Source: Bugula neritina
Lineage: Eukaryota > Animalia > Bryozoa
NCBI GenBank assembly: GCA_964035545.1
Contig: OZ037767.1
Location: 26,862,628-26,926,627 of the forward strand
Direction of reading: 5' to 3'
DNA: 64,000 nucleotides
A program made the position numbers and the translations under genes. The notes beneath the pieces were generated by a model. The model worked only from the letters and a program-made list of their open reading frames with translations. It was not told the DNA's origin and did no database searches. Positions 1-11,900 of the stretch are shown one piece after another. Numbering within the stretch: the stretch's first letter is position 1; each line of letters opens with the position of its first letter.

Positions 1-23
1 ATTCAATTTCTTAAAGCCATTGG

Positions 24-33
24 GCCAATCAGG
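24..33 (+). promoter_or_regulatory. CCAAT box upstream of the kinase gene
   Basis: GGCCAATCAG matches the NF-Y consensus, ~600 nt before the ATG; position-based inference only. Confidence 0.4.
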
Positions 34-630
34 CATTTGCCTTTGGCTTTAAGTTTGACTCACAGTCACTAACTTTGAGTCTGAGCATGGCTATTTATTA
101 GTTCGCGTGGTTCATGGGCTATTAAAGTAGAATTATTACCACAGAATGATAACACTAAATTTACACAAAAATATTGATTGCATCCAATTTCAAAAGTATT
201 AAAACGCTAACGTACCACTTTTAGTTTTAGCATCTGGTGACGTAGGCGCCGCAGTCATATTGATATTTGATTTTATTGGTAATACTAATAGTACTAGTAT
301 TACTAGCAGTATTAAAATTAAAGATGAATCTAAAAAATGATCATTATGATTATCACAACGGTTACACTACTATTAGTAGTGCTGTTGTAATCACTGACAA
401 TCATTATAGTTTATACTTTATAATGATAATCATGATGATATTGATAATGTCAATGATATTCTAGTTTTAGTTTGTATTACTTATTATATAATGCAGTATT
501 CAGTAGGCATTATTATTGGTTAAACTATTGTAGCTCAACTGCTTTTTATTGTTTGCTTCAAGTTTTATATCTAAGACTTGTTGCCCTTTACAGCAGTAAA
601 GTAGCTAAATATGCTCTTTTAGATAGCACT

Positions 631-3600
631 ATGGAGACGAACTCCAATCAACTCGCTGCAAGAGCTGTGTCACCAGAAGGCCAAAGAGAGGAGACAGAAA
701 GCGATTCTGCTGACGAAGACAATGATGAGTTAGACGGCGCTGCCATAGAGAGCAACGTACATATTCAGGAAGAGGCAGTAGATGTTGAGGATTCTGGCAA
801 GTTTTATGTTCAGAGATTAATTAACAGTGAATATAAAAGGTCTGGTGGATCTACCACAGTCCATGAAAATAGGTTTTGTCTAGATACAACATTGAACTTA
901 GTCTGACTAGAAAACCTTAAATTTTGCTGTTAAAATGTCATTTTCTAATCAGAAGACATTAGTTTGGATGGAGTACATCTCAAGGGTAGCTTCTATCAAC
1001 TGGCTGTTTAAAATCTGTTTGCAATTAAGTATATTTGAGTGGGGATGAATGGTATGAAAGGGTTATTATAAATCTGAATTGACCATTCACCTCATTGCTT
1101 ATGAAGTGTTTTGCAAAATTCTGTAAACTCTCTGATACCTTGTCTCTTAAAATCTAGAAAGTTCTCATGAATATTGATTTGTGATAAATTTTTAGCAAAA
1201 TTCAGCCAGCTAGCTACATGCCGATGATTATGAATATTATATTTTTTCAAGACTAACAAATATGACATAGATTAATTAATATATACTGGAAATTTAGGTA
1301 ATCAATATATATAGGATAAAGTTATCTCTTTTAGGTGCTAAACATACATCAGTGGAGCCTCCAAGACTGATCATACTCTCTAATAGAGTGAAGTTTAGTC
1401 ACGTCATGGTCTCAACACTCTTACCCAACGTCAAGATGGTGACATTCAAGCATGATCAGTGTGATCTAGATGGAATTCTAAGTATGCTGGCGTAATAATT
1501 ACTGTGGGAAATTTTTACTCCCAATAATGAATTTTTAGTATTATTATCACTATAAAATTGTGTTTATGATAAAATTCATCAATATTTGATTAGTGGTATT
1601 AATTATTATTTTTAAAAACTTATAGTCTTGTAAAACAATGTTGTTCACTATTTAATATGACTCAGATATATGGAATGCATTCAAATGTCATATTTTAAAA
1701 AAATATTTCATATTGGCATTTATTAAATTCAATTTACAGACTTTGAAAATATTTTGCACCAATCCTCTATATGCTTCTAATAATGCACACAGCGTTGTGA
1801 TAATTGTAGGTACAGTTGCAACGTCAGTTCTGTCACAAAAGTTTGAGAGTATAGCTATGATATTCAACTGTTCAGGTGCTACTATCACACTCTGTGGAGC
1901 CAGTGAAAGGGTAATTTGTTTACCTGTATGTCTAATTATCTTATAAATTGTTGATAAACTTGATGGCTTGAATTTATTTTGGAATTTGTGACTATACTAT
2001 TGTATTTCTTACAACTAGGTAAACAGATAAGACTTGATATAAAAACTAGGTGATTGGGTTCAGTTTAGCTTTAGATACTGTATAAAAAGATGAATATATG
2101 CTGTATAAAGTGATTAATATATATTGTATAAAAAGATGAATATATACTGTATAAAGTTATGAATATAAATTGATTTGAAACAAACTGAATTTCAGCTGCT
2201 CACTAAAGAGACAATAATAGAGATGACTTCAGTGAGGGAGTTTTTTTACACCCTGGCCAACAATCACATTGATAAGAGCTGGGTGAATGCCAGGATGGAC
2301 ATTCTAATGTGCTCGGCAGCTCTGAGCTCAGACGGAGAAATGATCAGTAATGAGATTTCACAGATTACCAAGGTAGATGTTGTGCTCACTTGTGTCTTAC
2401 TCTGAATTCAAATTAACTTTTCATTAGCTTAACTAGACTTATGAAGTTGTTTGCTCTTATCTCTGCCAAGATGTAAAAATTTATTGCTTTTTAAATGAAA
2501 AGAATATTATTTCAAAATAGTCCAACTGTCTGCTAGTTAATGATTTAAAATACTTCAGTTGTATTTTAATTATTTTGGTTGGCTGGGGAGAAAACTGTGT
2601 TTGGTATTTTATTGCATTGCATGCAGTTTAGACTTTGTATTCTTCAGGTTCCATGCAGTATTAGCAAAGATTTGTTGGGTACAAATTTGGTATTGAAAAG
2701 AATTGCAGAAGAAAAAGATGAAAGGTATTAATTGTATACAATATTTTGTCTTAGTCGTCAGTCGAGTGAAGTTGTAATATTTAAGTGCTAGTTTAATGCT
2801 ATATGAAAGTTGTGGTAATTTCGATTTATGGTTTTCAATTAACTCACAGAAAAAAGAACGCTGGGTAATACCTTGTTGTGTGATTCATTTGTATTTCTAA
2901 ACTTGGTTTGCATGTCTAGACAAGTTTTGTTGGGGTTTTATTTAATGTCTCAAATGTTTGCCATAATCACACTAATATTTTAGCACAGTTTCATATACCT
3001 TTCTCACAGCTGCACCAGTTTTCCTAACAGTTTGCGTCACTTTACATTTGAGTTAATGCAAGTATTTCTGCAACAATACATTTTATATTAGACAAGCTTA
3101 GAATACATTACATAATGATAGTAGATAGTTTTAGTTTGTGTCTGGCATTTCTATAATTTGTGTCTTGGTTGTGTTTTATGTCAATATATTATGTCTGAGA
3201 TTATGTCTTGCTGTGGTGTTGATTAAACTTTTTGACACTCTAAAATATCCTATTACTAACCTAAGACATCTCTTTTGCTAACCCGATGGCGATTTGTATT
3301 AGGTTTGGAGTTGTCTGCTTTTATAACATATCATTATATGATGTATAAAACCTGTCCTATTGCTTGTGCATTGGTTTATTCTAATGTATTGTATTACTGA
3401 TTTCTGGTTACACAGAACTGTTGGATCTCTCTACTTTCGAGTAGATAAACTTAGACCTACGTCCAGCAAGCAAAGTATATCCTTCTTTGAGAAGATCAGG
3501 ACAGTAGGTAAAGGGGCGTATGGGTCGGCTGTCCTCTACAGGAAGAAAGATGACGACTCCTTGGTTATACTTAAAGAGATTAACATGCACGACTTGAACG

Positions 3601-5859
3601 CTTCAGAAAGACAAATGGCTCTGAATGAGGCTAGTTGATGACATCATTGTATCAGTCGAAACATTCGAACATTTTATTGTTACTTAATATTTTAATTCAT
3701 AAAATTGTAAGCTATTTATTTTCATTCTAGAATATGAATAATGCATTGCATTTTGATGTGATAAAAAGTACAAATACAAACAGCATTACAGATTTGATGT
3801 ATCGATATTTATTTAAAAGTTGTTTGATGTAATGATTATATTTAGTAGTTCTTTATGAATATATTTCATGCATTGCTATTAAAACTGCTGTTAAGTTTTA
3901 ATGAATACCCATTATCGACTTACTATTATATGTGTGTTGTGTTGTAAAGTAATGAAAATTATATTTCATATAAATTTTAGGTGAAAGTGCTATCAATGTT
4001 GGAACATCCCAACATTATCTCTTACTTTGACAGCTTTGAGGAAGATGGCATACTTATGATTGAAATGGACTATGCCGATGGTGGCACATTAGCTCAGTTG
4101 CTTAGCAACCAAGAATCATTTTTAGAAGAAAGGAAAATACTTGAAATGTTTCAGCAAATGGTTTCTGCCATTAAACACATTCATGGGCACAACATACTAC
4201 ACAGGTACTGTTCTATAAGTGAACCCTCTATTACCAGCCTTCTCTATGATGTCTAGACTTTAGTTTAGCTAATCCCAAACCTAACTGTTAATATTTGTAT
4301 ACAAAACTATCTGCACCTGATGATACATAGAACCAAAAATAATCCATGCATGGTTAAACTGATTATTCACGACGTGTAATAAAAAACTTACATAATTTCA
4401 AAGTCACCATCCCTGTGAGATAGACCTCTGATGGAAAGAGGTTTTTTTGTTAAATCAGGCTAAGGACTTATTCAGATGGGGCACATAAGCAATTATAACT
4501 AGATGCTCTTCCTAACATCACCAATGGCCTTCAGGCTACTGGTGATTGAACCCATGACTTCATGTTTACTAAGCCAATGCTCTAATCCCTAGAGCACGGC
4601 TGCTCCTAATATTTACAACGTGTAATACTGTGTTTATAATGCATATGTTAAGAGTGTTTGTTTGCTGCTCTACCTTTGTTGGTGTGATTTCTCTACTTGT
4701 TATGTTGTGTAGAGATTTAAAGACACAGAACATTTTCCTCACTAAGGAAGGTGTTGTCAAAATGGGAGACTTTGGAATATCTAAAATGTTGACCACTGGA
4801 GGGAAAGGAGCCAACACAGTGCTGGGGACACCCTATTATATCAGTCCTGAGATGGTCAGTCTACACTCAGCTATAACCTACAGACACAGATATTTATAGT
4901 CGCATTTGGCCAATTAGCTCTTTGTTTCCGGAGTTATGAGTTCTGACATTTTTCTCTGGATAGGAGAGTAGTCGACTTGTAATGTATAATGGTTGGCCAA
5001 CTGTTAGCCCCAAAAACTCTTTAATAAACAGTTTCTAAGGATATGTTTTTGTTACCAATCAACTCAGCATTGCACGTACAGAAATGAAAGAAAATGTTAG
5101 TTCAAGTAAAACTAACAAAAAGCTTCAACTTAATTTACTTTTCTGTGTTTACTTGTAAAGAATATGCTTTCACTCATACTTGCTTAGCTAATTGCTCTGC
5201 ACTGTGTTCTAACCTCAAGTGGGCTATTCGTTGGAATAGTTTGCAGACAGTTCACTGAAATGACAACTCCTACAAACAATTAAAAGCTAGATTAACCAGT
5301 ATAATATAGTATGCGTTAACATAAAGTTAATTTCTTATAAAAAAGAATGTAATATGTGCAAAAATATTGTTCAATGGTTACTTTTTGCACTTGAATTGGT
5401 GTTAGAGCAAAGTAATTTCTAGATGCTGTTATATGTCTATTTGCCTATATTGCAGTAGGCTAAATACTTATACTGTACTATATACTATATCCTTGTACAA
5501 CTTGTAGTGTGAGGGTAAACCATATGGTGCAAAGTCAGACATTTGGGCTCTCGGCTGTATTCTCTATGAGATGGCATGTCTAGAGCGAACATTTGAAGCA
5601 TCTAATCTCCCTGCTGTTGTAAATAAAATAGTAAAGGTAATTGGTTTAAGTTATCATAGTCATACAATATATTAGGGTTATGTTATTATACTTTTTGAAC
5701 GTGGTTGATTGAAACTTCTATATAATTGATATAAAATAATTTGTGTTCTATAAATATCCACCACCTGTTATTGCATGTATACATATTGTGTAAAAGAGTG
5801 TAATTCAAGTTTGCTTTATTATATATAGATATATAAACTATGTAATAGTAATATAATCA

Positions 5860-5944
<85 letters not shown>

Positions 5945-8900
5945 CAACTTCCGTATTATACCACAGGGCGTGTACACACCAGTCAAAGGTCCCTATAGCC
6001 TAGAGTTCAAAAAAATTGTAGACAGAATGTTGGACAGTAACCCTGTTAACCGACCTTCTGCAGATGAACTCTGGACTGAAGTCCTACCCTCTGTAAGTAC
6101 TCATAGTTTGATACAGATACTTTTGCCGCCCCGCCTCCCCCCCCCCCCCCCATTGAACCCTGCAAATGCCTGGAACTTGTGCTATTTATAATCTGGCATG
6201 TAAACCTCCTTTTATTTATATTATATGCTCCTATCTAATAAAACCCACATTAAAAAAGTTTCATTCAGGTAGTTGTTTCCTCTCATAATTATAATTCACA
6301 GCATACACATTTATGGTCACATGGCTTTAGTCGTTGACCAATCAGCTACAATGTAAGTGACTTTTTACCGACATTTAGTTAATATCTGAATACATATTTG
6401 TTCATTATTTTGGACTCATTGCAAATAAAAAACGTAGGTTTTGTATGGAATAAACTGCTAGAATGTTCTATGTAGATTATGACTAAGTATGCGGGAGATC
6501 GAGATGGAGATGCAGACGACGAGCTGTGTAACTCTATAGATAGTAGTCACAACAAGAAAACTATGTCTGTACTTTATTACCTCACAAGTCAAAGTTTAGC
6601 CCTCTCAGTTGTCAATATTCCTAACAAGATCAAAGTTAAAGAGGTAAGCAATGTGCGCTTTTTATATAATCTATAACTCGAGTCTAAGACTTAATATTAG
6701 CTGTTATTTTGTGATCATAATAATTGACTGCTGAACTTTGGTGTAGGTGGTCGTAGGCAAGGAACACGCTATTATAATTAGTCAAGAGTGTGTAGTCTTC
6801 ACCTATGGCAGGGGAACTGAAGGGCAACTAGGTCACGGAGATGAGAAATCTAGGTCAACACCTACTTTAGTAGAAGCTTTGAAGGGCAAACAAGTGAATA
6901 AGTAAGTGTTTTTTCAACAGCAAGTGGTTGAAAAGACTTCTTGTAGTGTTGAAATCTAAAAGAAAAACATATTTAGTTGGATTTTTAAGTTATTTGGCAG
7001 TTTTCATGATCTTAATGTGGGCAAAAGTTGTAAAGTGGTTTTTGTTTTTATATACAAAGTTGGTGTTGCAACCATTCAAATCGGAAATTTGCCCTGAATG
7101 ATTCTTTAAAATCGCAACTTGTGTTTTCCGTAAGTAGTATTTCCTGTCTCATCTGTTTTGCAGAGCCTGCTGTGGACAAGGTTTCAGCGTGTTCGCCAGT
7201 AACAATGGTATAGTTATGACGTGCGGCAATGCCTCCACTTCCTGTCTTGGTCACGCAGACGACGTCTCTCTTACCAAACCTAAACTTATAGAAGCGTTAC
7301 TACATGTAGACGTAATGTCAATAGCCTGTGGAGCTAACCATGTGGTAGTTGTGGGTACGCGGGGTGAGGTATATACGTGGGGAGATGGAACTTACGGGAA
7401 GCTGGGGCTAGGCAAAGATGACAACTGTTCGCTTCCAATGCAAGTAACTTTCTCTGAATCGGTGAATGTAAAGGAAGTGTTCTGCAGTGACACCAGTACC
7501 ATGTTCCTCACCGATGTAGGGGTGGTGTGGGCCTGTGGCAGCAATAAACACAACAAACTCGGTTTAAATCAAAGACAGGGCTTCTTAGCTGCCTTGAAGC
7601 AAGCATTTAACAAGGTGGGCCATGCTGTATGGTTAGTTAAAATTTTCTTTTGAAACTGTTGAGAAATTTTAATTTTCCTAGTAATTTATTTCATAAATAT
7701 AAACAGGTTCACATCTGAATATATTATAATAAGTGGATAAAGTGTAATATGTATAGTATAATCAAAGTTAACCTTTAAATTTAAATGAAACTATCAACTG
7801 CATCAACTCTTGTAATAGGAGTTTTGTTTCATAATCTGACAATGAACAGGGATAATGAAACATTACTTATTATATCCCACTCAACTTATATTAGTGCACT
7901 GTATTGTACTCCATTACATTGTAGTTATTGCTTTGCATTGTATTGAATAGCATTGCAACTATGGCTTTGTAGCTTACTGCATCATCCTGTAATTGTATTA
8001 TATTGCATAAAATTGTAGTTATTGCTATGTATTGTACTGTATCAATTTCAATTATTAAATTGGTCTGTTCAATAAGATTGTCTACTATTTTGAATCAGTT
8101 ATAAGTCATGGTGTCCAAGTTCTTCTAGTTCAACTCTAGTCAGGTTCAAGCTAAGGATTTTATAACCTCAGGTTATGACAGTAATGGTTATTGCTGCATA
8201 GTGTTTATGGACAATACTCTTGTAATGTTTACATTATGAAGCTAGGCAGAGTTATGTTCTCTCACATGTGCTGTGGAATTGGTGATGCTGTTGCTGTAGT
8301 GTTGTATTGTAATGTTGCAGACGGAAGTAGAGGGTGCTAAGGAACCAGTGATTGTGCGAGACTTGTGCAGATTTATTGTCACCTCAATCAGCATGGGGGA
8401 GCATCATTCTGCTGTGGTAATTGAAGGAGGAAAGGTTATAACCTTTGGTAGAAACACCGAAGGTCAGCTAGGCAGCGGTGATAATAAGCCTCAACAAGGT
8501 CTTGTTCATGTCAAATCGCTGTCGGACGTTGTTAGCTTGGTGGGTACTATTTTCTAATCTTCTGTTAAATATAAATAAATGTGTCTAAACAACATTACAT
8601 TAGCCAAAACTTTCCTTTCGCGAACACCATGATTATTTGGATAACTCCAGTGTGTCATATAGTGTCTTTAGTGTCATATAGTGTCTATATGCCTTAGTGC
8701 AGAAGACTGTGTACTTAAGCTCTGTTTTAGCAATATACAGACTCAACCCTAAGTAAAATTTGTTTATATTGCTGTTTGTTTACAGCAAGTTGGTTGCTCT
8801 CCGATGTCTACCATTGTTAGCATCTCAAACAACAGTCAGATCATTCTACTGGGCTCCAGATACAAGACCTCTCCGGTTACAGATACCTACAACTGGCTGG

Positions 8901-11900
8901 ACCCGTCTGTGAAGAGACAATACTCAACTGAGCTCAACAGATCCCGACAAGGTTCAGCTGGTAGTGCAGATCGCTCCTTAACTCAAACTAGTTTGTCAAG
9001 CTCTGCTCTGAAAGAGGGCGTGGCACCGGAGGGTTTGGGTGAGATATATTCTGTCAGTTCTGTTGAAATGCAGTACCTATTATTCGGAGTCGGCAGTTTT
9101 AATACTTTCATTGGTGGCAGAATGTAAAAGTGAATTAATTGATAGTACATCCTGTATAATAATGATCTAACGGTGCTTACCTAGGTAATCTATTAGGTTC
9201 TATCATATAATTATTTTTTTAAGTTGCTAACTCAAAGCAGTGGTCGTGTGTGTCAGTTAGTGTGAATAGGTAGTTGTTTACACCTTTGAGCAGTAAGATA
9301 TAGCTTTGTCTTGTGGTAACTTTATATGACAGGTATTGAAGTATACCGTCAATATTGTAGTGTAGTTGTAGGCTTAAAATGTAAAGTATGCACCCATTCA
9401 CACCAGAACTATGGTATTATACCTTGTTTTCTATCAGTTGTAACATTCTATACATCATACAGTGGTCTATTACCAGGTGGTTCTACGAGCAGCTCTAAGA
9501 AGGGAGATCTGGAGGTGGACAGTGAGACATCCATGTCCGGCAGACAATCAGCTACTCAGAGACAGCTCAGTGGCAGCAGCAATCGTGCCTCTAGCGCTGT
9601 CAGCACCACCAAACTCTCAGCTGATGACGTGGAGGTAACACTACTAGATATTGTTTTTGGATTGTGCATTGGAATAAATGAGTCAGTAACTTCTGGTATA
9701 TTACTGTTAGGTAATGCATGCACATGTTTGCGATCACAAAAGCACCATACAAACCATTTTATAGTATATAAGGGATTATCTAAACTCGCTTGTATAATGA
9801 GCTAGCATCTAATTCATTCAGTGATACAGATTATTATTTAAAATTATGGTTTATGTTTTTACATTACGTTGAAGTCAAGCAGGTTTTCTGCTAGAAACTT
9901 TGGTAAAGTCACATGGAAATATAATTTAGATCCACTACCAACCAGTGCCTGTGTTGAACCTCCAATCAGAGCAGTCTGAGACGGTCACTCTGGCTGGATT
10001 CACATGCCACCAGGAGAATATCTTTGTGTTGGTTGAGACCACAGCACCGCCAACTCAGAAGAAGCTGAAGAAACGTAAATCAGATCAAAGAAATATGACC
10101 AGGTAGTTAAGTTATACTTAATATGGAAATGCTTCTTTTAGTTGCATAATGTGCAGCTTTGACAGCTTTAATATTGCTTTGTGTCATATTCTATACAATT
10201 CTTGGTTGGGCATTGGAGTTTATCATGCTGCCGTCATATGATTTGCCATGCTGTCATAATATATTATATCATTTATAGTATATCATTTATGCTCCTTCTG
10301 AAAACTGTAAATAATTGTCAGCACAGGGTAGATTCTAAAGCTGTCAAAATTGGTTATAACTTTTATTTTTACGGGTGTACTTGATTGACTAGCCTTAATT
10401 GGTATTGCCTTCTAATGATATTATTTTATGTTGTATTTAGTAAATCTCTCGTATCAAGTTTTAGAAAGTGAGTATATGCTTACTAACCCAGACAGTTTGT
10501 TGAAGTGTGGTCAGATAACTCCTACATCTAAATACATACCAACAGGCTGTGACTGATTCAGGGTACTACTCACTCAAAGTACTACTCACTCGGAGTACTA
10601 CTGACTTATAGTACTGACTCATTGTTAAGTGAAATGATTGCATGTTTGAATCAATGTTGAACGATTTATTTACATTTTTGTTTCTCAGTGGAAAACATGT
10701 AAATAATTACCAGCTTTCTCTTAGTTAATCTTTTCTACTTTATTTTTAAATTTGGGAATTTATTTTAGTTTATAGGAATTTAACTTTACTGAGATTATTT
10801 TGTAAATATTCATTCAGAGCTCATCTAAAGTTTTCACTTGATTCTTTATTTGAAACCAGACATCTATTGACAAATATGAATATTCATTAGCCAGGCCTAA
10901 TTTAGACCTCAAAGACACTACTTAGGCTAATAGAGTTTGTTTGCGCTCATGTGTGCATGCATGTGTGTGTGAGCAGGCTTCGATAAATATCTGAGTATAT
11001 AATATTTATTTTGAAATATTTAATCCACGAACTTTCTTGCTCAAAAATTGTTCAGCTTTTATCTGTTTTGTCAATGTTGTCTACTGCAAACATAGATTAC
11101 TGTAACTTTTCTTAGCTTTTCTATGCTGTAGCTTTGTTAGTTGCTTTTTTCATGACCTCTTGGTTAGGGATGCTTTTGGTCAGAAAATTTAGACTCTGGT
11201 CAATAGAGTCTACTGTTTTTATTAAATAGAAGGGCCAAAGGCTTTAGTTTTCATTTACATTTGCAGACACTAACTTTTGTAACGTGTAACAAGCTGATTA
11301 TTTTGTAGCCGATTAAAATTTTCGAGGTTTGAAACTGTTAGAAAGTTTTATGGAGTTAAAATAACTTGTCGTATAGTTTTTTAAACGTTATGTTGCATTT
11401 ATGCAATGCTAGAATTTTTAATGAAATCTTTATATTTAAATTCCAGCTTGACATATTTTTGGATTTTAAAGGGTCACAAGTTTCAGTATATATTCTATGG
11501 CCCAGGTTTCTTTTGTGTCTATTTATTAAGTGTTTATTAATTTCATGTCAGTTACACAAACTTCAAGAGCTCAGCTTCTAGCAGAGAGGCTGGTGATGAA
11601 TTATCAAACAGTGAAATGAGCGAGATGGACACTCTGGGAGCCACCCCCTCCTGGATTCAAAGAGAACTTGCGGATGCAGACTATATTTCAGCCGTTAGTA
11701 AGAAAACTCCAAATGATTTAGAAGAATTTGCATACAACGGTATGTGATTGGTTCAAAAATTGGTATTGGTACATGTTTTGTGTTTTGAATTTAAGCAAAT
11801 TATTGCGGGTGTGAAGTATCTGTTTGTTACATCCATAGCTTAGATTTCAGATGTATCAATGTAATATCTACAATAGTAGCATATACTTTTTTATAATTCA

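Noticed and set aside
267-464. 65-aa hydrophobic ORF
   Set aside because: Low-complexity ATG/ATA-rich sequence with a TTG start, upstream of the kinase's first coding exon; no family motif.
4216-4445. Second Tigger-like MITE
   Set aside because: Putative terminal repeats are too degraded and no target-site duplication is visible.
4535-4603. Functional tRNA-Thr gene
   Set aside because: Acceptor, anticodon and T stems are mismatched; better explained as a SINE head.
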